A stretch of 64,000 nucleotides of DNA. Origin: Octopus vulgaris. Taxonomy: Eukaryota. Both the position numbers and the translations under genes were made by a program. How positions within the stretch are numbered: position 1 is the first letter of the stretch; each line of letters begins with the position of its first letter. The DNA lies in NCBI GenBank assembly GCA_951406725.2, contig OX597839.1, positions 6,696,001 to 6,760,000 of the forward strand, written 5' to 3'. The notes under the pieces were generated by a model, which saw only the letters and a list, made by a program, of their open reading frames with translations, had not been told where the DNA came from and ran no database searches. This document shows positions 44,621 to 59,230 of this stretch, piece by piece.

Positions 44621-44637
44621 CATATGCACACACACAC

Positions 44638-44684
<47 letters not shown>

Positions 44685-45236
44685 TTCTTTATTGGCCACA
44701 CTGGGCTAAACACAGAGGGGACAATTACAATGTAGAGTGGTGGTGGCGGTGGTCGTCGTCGTCGTGGTGGTGGTGGTGATGTTTGTGGCAGAGTTGTCCG
44801 TATTCGTAGTCTTTGACTGTGAAGCTGTCGTCTGGTTTCTTCCAATTTTTCTTGGTGTCGGTGGCGGCGGAGTTGGCGTCCAAGGCTCACACCTGCACCT
44901 GTCTTGCTCCTCCCCTTCTTCCCCCTCCTTCATGACGCTGTGGGGAAGGCAGGGTAAGGAAATCAACGTCGTAAGCGTTGTCAAGGAGACAAGCGTTCTT
45001 TTAGAACGACGACTTCATGGCTTGAAGACGGCAAAACAGAAATGGCTAAGAAAGCCGAAAGCAAATTTACAAAATGGGGAAACACGCCATACAGGGCAGG
45101 TTTCCCGTGCAAAGAATGTGCACAACCGAATGTATTAGTTGTTGCACAACTTTTACATAAAATATATTATCAGAACACAAACTTTTGAAGGCCATAAAGG
45201 CAATAAAAGTGATTATCGTTTGTCCATAAGATAGAG

Positions 45237-45291
<55 letters not shown>

Positions 45292-45326
45292 TAGAGAGAT
45301 AGATAAATAGATAAATATATATATAT

Positions 45327-45361
<35 letters not shown>

Positions 45362-45424
45362 TAAATAGATAGATAGATAGAGAGAGAGAGGGAGAGAGAG
45401 AGACATAGAGAGATAGATAGACAG

Positions 45425-45461
<37 letters not shown>

Positions 45462-45844
45462 CAGAGTGAGAGGGAGAGAGATGCATTGTTTAATATTGTC
45501 TCTATGAATTCTCAAAGTCGTTGGAGCGTTTAGTTTCTACCTAGCAAATTCGTTCCCATAGTAACCAACCATTTTTTTTGTTTTTAGCAGTTACGCTTAT
45601 CAACTCAGGTCATTCTAAATTGATATCTAGGATCCAAGGCGTTCCACCCATGTCGCTCGCTTATTTTTAAATAATTGTGACTACATTAACACATTAATTT
45701 CGCTTTCTTTTCCACGATGACGGTCGTTGTGATTTGTAGTTATTTGGTTGTTATTTCTAGCAAGACTGACAACTGTGACCATTCTCACCGGCTGCTTTGT
45801 AGTTATATGCTGTTATTGTTGCTGATGTTGCGGTTGTAGTTGTT

Positions 45845-45947
45845 TTCTTCTTCTTTTTCATTTCTTCTTCTTCTTGTGTTTCTTCTTCTTGTTCTTGTTC
45901 TTCTTCTTCTTCTTCTTCTTCTTCTTCTTCTTCTTCTTCTTCTTCTT

Positions 45948-45978
<31 letters not shown>

Positions 45979-46590
45979 ATTTCATCTTCATTTCTTCTTC
46001 TTCTTCGTCTCCTCCTTCTTTTTCATTTCTTCTTCTTCTTGTTCTTCTTCATTTCTTCTTGTCCTTCTTCTTCTTCTTCTTCTTCTTCTTCTTCTTCTTC
46101 TTCTTCTTCTTCTTCTTCTACACCTTCTTCTTAATTTCATCCTCATTTCTTCTTCTCTTTCTTCATTTCTTCTTCTTCTTCATTTCTTCATCTTCCTTTC
46201 TTCTTCTTCTTCTTCTTCTTCTTCTTCTTCTTCTTCTTCTTCTTCATCATTTCTTCTTCTTCTTCTTCTTCTTCTTCACCTTTTTAATTTCATCTTCCTT
46301 TCTTCTTCTCCTTCTTCTTCTTCTTCATTTCTTCTTCTTGTGTTTCTTCTTCTTCTTCTTTTTCTTCCTTTTCTTCTTCTCCTTCTTCATTTCTTCTCCT
46401 TCTTCATTTCTTCTTCTTCTTCATTTCTTCTTCTTCATTTCTTCTTCTTCTTCACCTTCTTAATTTCATCTTCCTTTCTTCTTCTTCTCCTTCTTCTTCT
46501 TCTTCTTCTTTTTCTTCCTTTTCTTCTTCTTCTTTTTCTTCCTTTTCTTCTTCTTCATTTCTTCTTCTTCTTCTTCTTCTTCTTCTTCTT
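45845..46590. repeat. (CTT)n array with higher-order interruptions
   Basis: Recurrent CATTT and TTAATTTCATC motifs. Confidence 0.95.
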
Positions 46591-47120
46591 CTCTGCCTCC
46601 CCACCCCCTCTTACTCCTTCTTCTTCATATTCTTCTTCTCCTGCTCTTCCAGTCCATCATACTCTTTCTTTAGTTGTTGTCGACCAGAAACGGCTGAGTG
46701 CATCTAGTGAATCCGATCTTTATCCGTTTTCTTTCTTCTTTACAACATTAATGCCAATGATGTAATTCTGCAAGTTACCAAGTATCACGTTCAAACCCTA
46801 TAGAGTAGAATCAGTTCAGTTACTTAGGAGATAATTAATCGCTATGTACACCTCGTAAGATTTTTTCTGAATTGGTAGGCTTAGACGTGTGTTCAATCTA
46901 CCTGCGCGGCGTCGTGACCCGATGCCTCCACCAAAGTTCTGGTCAGGCTAATACTTTGCCAGTAAATTCGATAGACGTCAATTCTGAGAAACCCAGATGT
47001 ATGTGTGCTTGTATATGTGTATGTGTGTATATGTATATACATATATATGGCACACACACACATATATACACACATATACATATCCATCAATATGCATATA
47101 TATATATATATATATATTAC

Positions 47121-47708
<588 letters not shown>

Positions 47709-48270
47709 GGATACTTATATACATACCTATACGCTAAGACGCACATACAAGCACATACGTACGCTTGTTCAGAGATTCAGAGACATAATTATTTCAATGC
47801 AAATTAACCCGGCATTCCAACGGGAATATATACAAACTGTGCCGTGACGGGGCTCAATTGAAACCGAACAGAGCAGTTCCTACACAATGGCCCAGCGGCG
47901 TGGAGGAAACAGAGATAGGGTTAAGGGAGGGGGCTAGGGCCAGATCATCATATATCTTTGTGTTAAGTTATGCCTGCCATTTACCTTTAAAAAGCACTAT
48001 CAGGTTACCATATAATTAGAAGCCTATACACACGCACACATACTCGCACGCACACACACACACACACTCACACACACACACATACACACACATATACACA
48101 TATACATACACACATACAAACACACATATATGTGTGTATGAGTGTATATGCATGAATATATGAAGTACGTATGTATAAATATATGGACTATATATATCAT
48201 GTATTTACGTGTAGATATATACCATATATATATATGCCATATATACATACATACATATATATATATATAT

Positions 48271-48581
48271 ATCACCGTGATCACCGTGACCGACCAGGCT
48301 ATCAGATGTTGCTACAGATCGCTGCTCACAATGCGCTTCGTATTGTTTTAGCCTTCAAATGACGCCACCCCGCTGGCTAAGCGAGCAGGCCAAAAGAAGA
48401 AAGAATGAGAGAAAGTTGTGGCGAAAGAGTACAGCAGGGATCGTCACCACCCCCTGCCGAAGCATTGTGGAGCTTTAGGTGTTTTCGCTCAGTAAACACT
48501 CACAACGCCCGTTCTGGGAATCGAAACTGCGATCCTACAACCGCGAGTCCACTGCCCTAACCACTGAGCTATTGCGCCTCC
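48271..48581 (-). mobile_element. tRNA-headed SINE family E
   Basis: Minus strand GGAGGCGCAATAGCTCAGTGGTTAGGGCAG..GTTTCGATTCCCAG; short tandem tail ATCACCGTG x2. Confidence 0.78.
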
Positions 48582-48591
48582 ACACACACAC

Positions 48592-48721
<130 letters not shown>

Positions 48722-48737
48722 TATATATATATAAATA

Positions 48738-48920
48738 TAGTTAATCCAAACAAGAAAGCACAAAAAACACAACAACGCGAGGACGTGGAACAAATATAGT
48801 ATTATTGGACGCTCAGGAAAGAAGGAAAGAAGGAGGGATTAACGTTTCAAGCGGAGCTCTTCGTCGGAAACATAGGAGAAGGAAAGATCCAGAGAAGGGA
48901 AGACAGAGGATTAAAAAAAA
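48738..48920 (-). mobile_element. PH2 copy
   Basis: Minus strand GTTT-CCGACGA-A-GAGCtccGCTT-GAAA-CG-TT; abuts TA-rich tract. Confidence 0.78.
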
Positions 48921-48930
48921 AGTATATATA

Positions 48931-49435
48931 TTGTTGTCGGCTGTGTATCTACTCCTCATTTCGAGCAATCAACGACAATATGATTCTTCAAAGACAGTCG
49001 CTTCATAAATTCTAAAATAAAATTTTGGATTTAAGGCAGGTTAAATTTGGGAACAAAAACATGACTGTGGAGGCATACAAGGAAACCGAAAGAAAATAAA
49101 CATGGAGGGTCGTTAAACCAGAAGGAGAGGAAAATACAAACCCTTGGAGAAATATATATTTTTTTTGAAAAGCGAAAAGATAGAAGAGAGAAAAAACACG
49201 TCTGTTCTTTTGAACGTATTTGCAAGAAAAGAAAGGCACGTGAGGAAAAGAAAAATGGACGATGGTCACGTATGAGAGAGCAAAACAGGAGACGAATAGA
49301 AAACAGTGAAGGAGTGGGTAGAAAAAAGGAATTAGAGAAGGGTGGAGGAAGAGAACAGTATAGAGTGGAGGGTCATATCAAGAAGGTGAAGAATAACTTA
49401 CTTGGGAATGGATGCGTCGTGTTCAATTAAATAAT
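48931..49435 (-). mobile_element. Family F element, permuted
   Basis: Begins with homology to 38205-38320; ends with the motif CTTACTTGGGAATGGATGCGTCGTGTTCAAT. Confidence 0.6.
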
Positions 49436-49788
49436 AAATATCTCTCCCCCTCTTTCTCTCATCTCTTTCGAGGTCAACTTTACCTTTCATCCAACACACA
49501 CGCACAGTAACACACACATACACACACACATACACACACACACACACATACATACGCACACACAGTGGGATGGATTAACGACGCAACTCAAAAAAGCAGC
49601 CAGCGTTGTTTTACAGAACGTAACAAGTGACGTTGTAAAGAAGAACGGATAAAGAAAACGTGATATATGCACACCAATTAGGCTCTATGAACTACTGATA
49701 AAAAATGTGTATTGAGCACTTTTATATAGTAGGGTGTAAGCATCTATATGCATACACCAATACATGTATATATATATATGTATATATA

Positions 49789-49846
<58 letters not shown>

Positions 49847-49933
49847 CACATACACACACATATATATGCATATGTATATACATAATACTTATATACATAC
49901 AAATATACATACTTATCCCTCTCTTTGTATCTG

Positions 49934-50071
<138 letters not shown>

Positions 50072-50159
50072 TTTATCTCAAGATATTTTCATCTACAGAT
50101 GTTATTTCGTGCGCTCCACCTTATTTTCCATTTGTCGCATTCTCTTTCTTTCCTTCCTA

Positions 50160-50218
<59 letters not shown>

Positions 50219-50433
50219 TACTTCTTTAATTTCTATCTCTAACCCTTCCTCTCGTCTTTCTCTCCTCTCTCTCTCTCCTCCTCTTCCTCCCTTGCTCTGG
50301 CCTCCTTTGTCTTTCACTCTCTCATCTATTCACATGTCAAACGATATTAACAGTGATGAGTGAAGCAACACTTTTGATCTCGTCAGGGATCACTAGGTCA
50401 GTCAGTAGAATTTCGTGCGTGTTGGGCTCACAC

Positions 50434-50535
<102 letters not shown>

Positions 50536-50571
50536 GGATAGGTACAGATAGGTACATATATATATATACGT

Positions 50572-50609
<38 letters not shown>

Positions 50610-51323
50610 TCACACATGCGCACACACACACATACACCTACATTCATCCCTTGCATATGCGCAAACAAGTGTATGAATAGGATTTCTGCAGTTATGTTTT
50701 TTAATATATCGCCGTCACGCGCATCGTCATCAACGCTTTTGTAACCGGCATCGTATATACGTTGTTGTTGATTTTGCTATTGTTTACTTGTTGTTGTTGT
50801 TGTTATTGTTGTTGTTGTTGTTGTTGTTGTTCTTCTTCTTCTTCTTCTTCTTCTTCTTCTTCTTCTTCTTCTTCTTCTTCTTCTTCTTCTTCTTCTTCTT
50901 CTTCTTCTTCTTCTTCTTCTTCTTCTTCTTCTTCGTTTCCCGAAATCTCCGCTCCCACCCCAGAAGTCTCTGCTATTTTCTACTTTTATTATCGCTCTTT
51001 CTCTCTCCACCCACCCTGAGTTCAAATCTCACCGAGATAAAACTGCGTTTTTTTTCTTTCAGGGCTGCTAACATCAAATACCATTTCCTTTGGCGTACGT
51101 ATTGACAGAATTTTTCCAGTTTTCAACAAGATGCTTTAAGATATATATATGTTCTATCTGTTTCTGTTCTAAATCCAAAGAAAACAACTTCCTTTTGTGT
51201 ATCTCAACAACAAATTTGTTGTCTTGTAAAATCTTGTCCAAAAGAAGGCAACAAAAAACCAGTTTTGCCTTCTCCCATAGCAATTTCTAGACACTTCCAT
51301 ACTGCTTTTAAAGTCGCCATAGT

Positions 51324-51740
51324 GGATCTTTTCGGTTTGAACGGCAGTTTTTTTCTAGCGGTGTCATGTGAAATTGTCACCCATAATTATGACCCTAGTA
51401 TCGATCTATTGCATTTCAATCTGTTTTAGGGTCAGGGTTAAGAGTGGGTGGGGGTATCTTTTTTTCTACACAAATGTAAATAAACCCAATCTGTATCTTA
51501 AACGAGGGACATATTCTTACGGCACAGAATGTTTTTACCTCAATGGACGTCATTGATTGGTTGAAATTGCAGAAATTAAAGAGAAAAAACAACAAATATC
51601 TTACAAACTATAGAATTTTCTCAATAAAGCCAAGAGAAAAATATGTTTTATAAACACATTCTATCATTATACGAAGTTTAAAAGTGTTTAGTTACGTGGA
51701 AATTATGTAAAAAAAACTGCCGTTCAAACCGAAAAGATCC
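51324..51740 (+). mobile_element. Merlin-like MITE copy 3
   Basis: Both TIRs intact; flanked by 110-bp direct repeats. Confidence 0.93.
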
Positions 51741-51879
51741 ATTTGTTGTCTTGTAAAATCTTATCCTAAAGAAGGCAACAAGAAACCAAGTTTGCCTTCT
51801 CCCATAGCAATTTCTAGACACTCCCATACTGCTTGTAAAGTCGCCATAGTTTCTTGGTCGATTCAGTGTGCGTCAGCCT

Positions 51880-52002
51880 CTTGGTTAAGGGGTTGTCCAC
51901 ATGGTCGTGCGATCGTGAGTTTCCACTACTGGAGTGACTGGCGAGTTGTGTGCTTGAGTAAAAGCTTTCATTTCACGTTGTTGCATTCCACTCAGCTGTA
52001 AA
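51880..52002 (+). mobile_element. Diverged CORE-like SINE head, interrupted by a LINE
   Basis: TGTGTGCTTGAGTAAAAGCTTTCATTTCACGTTG..CACTCAGCTGTAAAT; resumes AAATGAG after the LINE tail. Confidence 0.6.
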
Positions 52003-52525
52003 TTGGAGTACGGGATTCAAGCCTCTTCTCCTTATCTCCTCAGAGACATACAGCATCTCGAAAGAGTCCAGAAACTGGCTACCCGCATGGTTAATGGTCT
52101 CAAGAATTTGTCTTGTAAAAAAAGACGCTCGACCTTTATTCTCTAGAAAAACGCCGCCGCCGTGGTGATCTCATTCTCGCTCACAACATCATAAGCGGAA
52201 AGTGTAACCTCCCGAAAGAGCTGTTCTTCACTCCTGCTCCAGAGCGTCGGCTGCGGGGTCATTCCGAAAAGCTCTACCTGCGATGATTTCATCTCAATCG
52301 AAAGAGAGGAGCTTTCTCCGTCCGGGTTGCGGATCCGTGGAACAAGCTGCCAGACGAGATGGTGAAGATGCCGACGACCGCTTTGTACAAAGTCTCCCTT
52401 GACCTCAAGTGGCCTGAACTCTTTACATGAACACCACCCTGTACTTAACTCCATGTCCCCCTACATGGCCTTGCATTTTGCCTTTGAGCCAAAAAATTAA
52501 CTAACTAAGTTAACTAACTAACTAA
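52003..52525 (+). pseudogene. 5'-truncated CR1 LINE: RT C-terminal region, 3' UTR, (TAAC)n tail
   Basis: LEYGIQASSPYLLRDIQHLERVQKLATRMV..LYSLEKRRRRGDLI..LRGHSEKL..FSVRVADPWNKLP; frameshift and stop present. Confidence 0.92.
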
Positions 52526-53216
52526 ATGAGCAATCATGCCACAGAATAGAGTCTTCTTCGGGAGGAATAACTTCGTTTGGGTCACTTATACGTCATGAAA
52601 TCAAGTAATCAGTGCTATGAGACCTAGGACACGAGACAGTATTGCCCTGGGTGCTAGATGACGATGAGGAAGCAAAAGAGAACTGTCGAAAGAAAACTTA
52701 GTTTTTATATCTGGTTTGCACAACTGGTTTGCTGGTGAAGCACAGCAGAAACGCAAGTCACAAATTGGGAAACGCCAAAATCACTGCTGTTGAGCTATAA
52801 AGATGTAGGCCTCCTAAAAATAGCAGTTAAATTCCCTTTCATGAGTGGTTGTATACTAGGACAGCGAGATCCGAAGTTTCTATTTAATACTATGGCGTGC
52901 TTGTTTAACTCCCACCGTCTTCTCTTTCTCATTCGCTCACTCTCTCTAAATATGCCCGCATACACACAGAAATACACACACGTACATACATACAAACGCG
53001 CACACATATGCACGCCGCACATATACACATGTATGTTTGTTTGCCTTTTAGGATATTTGCCCGGTCGAAATATCTGTCAGTCACCTTTATTCACACGTCA
53101 CATGAGACAGTAAGTGTTGAATGAAATAACATTTTGAACGAGAAGCGATCAACAGTTCGCTTTGTAGTAGCGTCGTCGACATCGTTGTCATCGTCGTCGT
53201 CGAAAGCAGCAGCAGC

Positions 53217-53279
<63 letters not shown>

Positions 53280-53650
53280 TGTTGTTCTTCTTCTTCTTCT
53301 TCTTTTTCTTCTTCTTCTCCTTCTTCTCCTTCTCCTCCTCCTCCTCCTCCTCCTCCTTCTTCTTCTTCTTGTGGCACCTGAACGATGGCGGCGAATAAAT
53401 AAGAAAGGAGAGGAAAGACAATAGACAATGGCATATGTGAAATCCTTAGATACATCTCTAGAGATACATACGTACGTAAATACCAACCATGAGAAATTAG
53501 GCTTCTCAAAACCAGAAAGGAGAAAGCTAATTCGAAGACTACAGACCCAATCCATCAGATCCAAACTGTAAAAGTCTGTAAAACTTTCAGAAGTTTATCA
53601 TCTAAGTATATATGAGCATGTCTAGACATGTAGCTATATGCTTGAGACTG

Positions 53651-53987
53651 CTGAGACCCCCTTCGGTCATGACAGACCATGGGATTGCACCTAGAAAGTT
53701 ACCCTCCTGGGCACAAGTCGGGGCAAGGTTGTTTTATGGAAGACCAGCAGTCGACCATGCATACCGGCCTCCGCTCTCCACGCCACCGGTGTTATCCAAG
53801 GGAAAGGCAAAGGGGCCTATACAGCTTGGCGCCCGTGACATCGCAACTCATTTCTACAGCTGAGTTAACTGGAGCAACGTGAAATAAAGTGTCTTTCTCA
53901 AGAACACAACACACAGCCCGGTCTGGGATTCAAGCTCACAGCCTCACGATCGTAAGCTCGACGCTCTAACCACTGAGCCTTGCGCCT
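53651..53987 (-). mobile_element. CORE-like SINE family D
   Basis: Homologous to 24737-25072. Confidence 0.9.
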
Positions 53988-54106
53988 TCACTATGACATA
54001 TTACATATGAGAAAAAGAAATATGGGTAGCCAATGGGATGCCTTTTAAACAGGCTTCACTCGGGTTTCTGAGTGTCAAGTGAGAGGTAACAGAAAGGAGT
54101 TAAGAT

Positions 54107-54239
54107 GCCATTCATCCTTTTGGGGTCGATAAATTAAGTACCAGTTGCGTACTGGGGTCGATGTAATCGACTTAATCCCTTTGTCAGTCCTTGCTTGTCC
54201 CCTCTATGTTTAGCCCCTTGTGGGCAATAAAGATATAAG
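54107..54239 (+). mobile_element. SINE B 3' part
   Basis: TTCATCCTTTTGGGGTCGATAAATTAAGTACC..GCCCCTTGTGGG. Confidence 0.87.
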
Positions 54240-54649
54240 GGATCTTTTCGGTTTGAACGGCAGTTTTTTCTGGCGGTGTCATATTAAATTGTCACCCATA
54301 ATTATGACCCTAGTATAGATCTATTGCATTTCAATCTGTTTTAGGGTTAGGGGTGGGGGGAGGGTATCGTTTTTCTTCAGAAATGTAAATAAACCTAGTC
54401 TGTTTCTTAAACGAGGGACATATTCATACGGCACAGAATGTTGTTTACCTCAATGGACGTCAGTGATTGGTTGAAATTGCAGAAATTGAAGAAAAGAAAC
54501 AACAAATATCTTACAAAGTATAGAATTTTCTCAATAAAGCCAAGAGAAAAAGATGTTTTATAAACACATTCTACCAGTACACGAAGTTTAAAGGTGTTTA
54601 GTTACGTGGAAATTATTTTAAAAAACTGCCGTTCAAACCGAAAAGATCC
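54240..54649 (+). mobile_element. Merlin-like MITE copy 4
   Basis: Both TIRs; degenerate TSD GATATAAG/GAAATAAA (6 of 8). Confidence 0.92.
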
Positions 54650-55257
54650 GAAATAAAAATTGATACACAAAGCAAAAAAAAATTACTAAGTAAAAGATGA
54701 GGACAAGGAAAAGGAGATAAATGAAGAAGACCATGATGTGGAATAGAAAGACGGGGGGGGGGGGGCGAGGAAAGGAAGGGAAGGAGAGAGAGGTGTATAA
54801 TGTGAATTTGAATATGTGGCGGTGTGGAATGAGGGATGCAAGAAGGGAATGCCGGCAATGATGGACAGACCCCTAATCTGAGAAATGAAAACCTGAAGGA
54901 TGCCATTAAGGGAAGTGTGACGAATAGGGGGGGGGGAGTTAGCGAGAGAAGGGATTGTGTAGAACAATAAACAAACGTCCAACAGCTGTGAAGGTATGTG
55001 AATGAAAGGAGGAAAATGTGGCTGTTGGTGGGGGTAGAAACAACAGTGATAGTGATGGTAGTGTTGGCAGTGATGGCGGTGTTGGTGGTGTCGGCGTTCA
55101 TTTTGTATTGCGTGTGCATGAGTAGGTGTGTGTGTGTGGGGTGTGTGTATATGTACATGTGACGGTGAGCTTAGCGAGCTTGATAAATCGATAGATGGAT
55201 AGACAAACAGACAGACACACAGACAAATATATATATACATACATACATACATACATA

Positions 55258-55331
<74 letters not shown>

Positions 55332-55450
55332 CATACATATATATATATATTGTGAGTGGATTTGTTAGACGGAAACTGAAAGAAGTCCGTCGTATATATG
55401 CATATATATATATATATATGTATGTATATATGTATGTATATATATTTATA

Positions 55451-55528
<78 letters not shown>

Positions 55529-55804
55529 TGTCTCTCTCTCTCTCTCTTCTCTCTCTCTTCTTTCACTTTCTTGCGTGCAACAGTCGTCAATTTCTTGAGA
55601 ATGGGCTCATAACCCCGAAATATTGAATACAAGTTAAGTCTACATTAATCCACATTTGTTTTCTTGTGATTTACTTTGCATTTACTTCGCATTGTTTTGG
55701 CCTTACCCAGGATCGTCTATACTATATATTCTACACAATGCATCACAGTAATTATTCCATGTATGTATGTATATGCGTGTATATATTAATGCATGTTAGT
55801 ATGT

Positions 55805-55998
55805 ATGTTTGTCTGTGTTTGTCCTCCCACCGATGTTGGTGCTGTTACGTCCTCATAACAGAAGCGGTTCGGCAAAAGAGACCAATGAAATAAGTACAGG
55901 GCTTACAAGGAATACGTCCTGGGGCCGATTTCTTCGACTAAAGGCTGTGCCTTGGCATGATCGCAGTCAAATGACCGAAACAAGTAAAAGAATAAAAG
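55805..55998 (+). mobile_element. SINE A 3' half
   Basis: GCGGTTCGGCAAAAGAGACC..GCAGTCAAATGACCGAAACAAGTAAAAG. Confidence 0.85.
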
Positions 55999-56007
55999 TA
56001 TATATAC

Positions 56008-56079
<72 letters not shown>

Positions 56080-56704
56080 GAATGTATATGTATATATATA
56101 TATATTTATATATATATATATTTATATATACACATACATGCATATATACAGGGAAAGAGAGAGAGAGAGAGAGAGAGTAGGAATCTCCTTAATCAATTTA
56201 ATCTCCGTTTACTTAAAAAAGTAGAAAATAATTTGAGTGGGATTTCAAACCGGTCGAGTACCCTCGTAATGTTAACTCTCCAACCTTGTTTCCTTTCATT
56301 TGTACCCCAAATACCCTTTTTAATATCTCATTTAACATACATGTGTTCGTATACACTACATATGATACCCCGTTTCCATGGCTACAGGGGTATCCACTTC
56401 ACTGGAGTTTGTATTTATCTTAAAGCGCTTCACCCTCCTTCCCAAAAACATTCAAAGTCAATCACCGGGATGCTTAGAACCCCCTTCCACCCCCCATACA
56501 GGGATATATGTCCGAACATACACATACCTAAAGAAGCCGATACACACATGAAGGGAGATACAGTTAAACATACTCACACTCACAGACACACACCTATTAT
56601 GTCCGTATCTATCTGTCTGTCTGTCTATCTGTCCCTTAGACACACATAAACTCATATATGAACGTATCACCTATCTATCATCTCTCTCCCTCTCTCACCT
56701 TCTC

Positions 56705-56747
<43 letters not shown>

Positions 56748-56863
56748 TATATGCATACACACACACACTGATATATACATATATACACTTACATTGGTAA
56801 TATCCATATATATATATATGTGTGTATATATATACATGCGTCTGTATATATATGTATACATAC

Positions 56864-56913
<50 letters not shown>

Positions 56914-56919
56914 GCTTAT

Positions 56920-57037
56920 ATAGGTAAAGGACATCACCGACTGTGCAAATAACATGAAATACGTAAACAACGAGAAGAAAGAAAGGAAAACATGACAAGT
57001 TAACACAGAGAAAGGTCCCTTCATCAGTTGTCAGCTG
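56920..57037 (-). mobile_element. Family F fragment
   Basis: GGTAAAGGACATCA..CCCTTCATCAGTTGTCAGCTG; preceded by TA tract. Confidence 0.55.
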
Positions 57038-57198
57038 ATTTTAAAATTTAGAGAAAATTTTAAGATTTAGTAAATTGAGGTAATTTTCCACGCTGAATCT
57101 CAGATCCTAGTTTTTAGATATCGAATAGTTATCAGGGTCCACCAGAATACATAGTAATAAAAGGGGTCCTTAGATTAAAAAAAAAAAAGAATGGTTAA

Positions 57199-57576
57199 GA
57201 GTGGTTGTGTGGTAAGTAGCTTGCTAACCAACCACATGGTTCCGGGTTCAGTCCCACTGCGTGGCATCTAGGGCAAGTGTCTTCTGCTATAGCCCCGAGC
57301 CGACCAATGCCTTGTGAGTGGATTTGGTAGACGGAAACTGAAAGAAGCCCGTCGTATATATGTGTATATATATAAGTGTGTGTGTATATGTTTGTGTGTC
57401 TGTGTTTGTCCCCCTAGCATTGCTGGTGTGTTTACGTCCCCGTCACCTAGCGGTTCGGCAAAAGAGAACGATAAAATAAGTACTGGGCTTACAAAGAATA
57501 AGTCCCGGGGTCGATTTGATCGACTAAAGGCGGTGCTCCAGCATGGCCGCAGTCAAAATGACTGAAACAAGTAAAA
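57199..57576 (+). mobile_element. SINE A, near full length
   Basis: Head, short internal microsatellite, tail. Confidence 0.93.
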
Positions 57577-58145
57577 AAAAAAAAAAAATCCCTTGTCTAT
57601 AATATCATCTGGCAACTTTTCCACGAATTTGAAAAATAGATAAAGAACAAAAAACAAAAAAAAAAAGAAAGCACGCACACCCTTCAAACACACACAAAAT
57701 TATCTGGCTATCTTTCTACTTTACTTCTTTATTTTTCTTCTCTTCTGTATTCTTCAAGACTTTCCCGTATATTATCTCTAATTTTCCGCTTCATTTCGAT
57801 CAGTCTATCTCTGTCTCCCCTTTCACTCGTCCTCTCTGATTCTCTTTCTCTCTCACACACACACACTCTCTCTCTCTCTTCTTTAACCCACCGATGTTTC
57901 ATTCGCTTAGCCTGTACCCATGTACCCTATTTTTCAACATGTTAGATTTCTGCCCTCTATCGAGTTACAAGCTGTGGTCTTATAATATTATGAACAGTTT
58001 TACTAGACTGTTGTATAAATAAACATTTGTAAACATTTCACACCGTAACTGAAATGGTTTCTAATAGCCTCGCTAATGATGTTAATGGGAGGTTTTCGTG
58101 CTAACGGCAGAGCTGGTGGGGTCGGCGGTCGTGCCATGGTGCTAG

Positions 58146-58581
58146 GGATCTTTTCGGTTTGAACGGCTGTTTTTTCTAGCGGTGTCATATGAAATTGTCA
58201 CCCATAATTATGACCCTAGTATCGATCTATTGCATTTCAATCTATTTTAGGGTTAAGGTTAGTTAGGAATAGGGTTAGGGTGGGGGAAGGGTATCTTTTT
58301 TTCATCACAAATGTAAATAAACCCAATCTGTTTCTTAAACGAGGGACATATTCATACGGCACAGAATGTCTTTTTACCACAATGGACGTCATTGATTGGT
58401 TGAAATTGCAGAAATTGAAGAAAAAAAACAACAAATATCTTACAAACTATAGAATTTATTTGTCAATAAAGTCAAGAGAAAAAGATGTTTTATAAACACA
58501 TTCTACCAGTATACGAAGTTTAAAATTTTTTAGTTATCTAAAAATTATGTTAAAAAACTGCCAGTCAAACCGAAAAGATCC
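58146..58581 (+). mobile_element. Merlin-like MITE copy 5
   Basis: TIRs; perfect TSD GGTGCTAG. Confidence 0.94.
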
Positions 58582-58810
58582 GGTGCTAGTCGTAATAACT
58601 GTAATGTTAATGTAACAGAAGAGTTGTCGTAAGGTACCTGGAGTTAATTGTTTTTGCCGTAATAATATCAGTCTATGGAAGACTTAAGTAGCTTCATTCC
58701 TTTGATTTAATTTCTCTTGTTACATTTTGGCTGCGATACTGTATATATTCAATTAGAATTATATATTCGTTTAAGATTTATAATAAAACAGGGTTAATAT
58801 AATAGGTCTG

Positions 58811-59230
58811 GGATCTTTTCGGTTTGAACGGCAGTTTTTAACATAATTTCTAGGTAACTAAACACTTTTAATCTTCGTATACTGGTAGAATGTGTTAATA
58901 AAGCATCTTTTTCTCTTGGCTTTATTGAGAAAATTCTGTAGTTTGTAATATATAGTTGTTGTTTTTTCTTCAATTTCTGCAATTTCAACCAATCAAATAC
59001 GTCTATTGAGGTAAAAAACATTCTGTGCCGTATGAATATGTCTCTCGTTTAAGAAACAGATTGGGTTTATTTACATTTGTGAAGAAAAAAAGATACCCTT
59101 CCTCCCACCACTAACCCTAACCCTAACCCTAAAACAGATTGAAATGCAATAGATCGATTCTAGGGTCATAATTATGGGTGACAATTCCATGACACTGCTA
59201 GAAAAACTGCCGTTCAAACCGAAAAGATCC
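58811..59230 (-). mobile_element. Merlin-like MITE copy 6
   Basis: TIRs; perfect TSD TAGGTCTG. Confidence 0.94.

Noticed and set aside
47918-47939. Canonical G4 motif GGGTTAAGGGAGGGGGCTAGGG
   Set aside because: Isolated motif with no functional context
49012-49269. Possible Penelope GIY-YIG C-terminus
   Set aside because: Similarity too weak to call by eye
52143-52454. 103-aa minus-strand ORF
   Set aside because: Antisense shadow of the CR1 RT fragment
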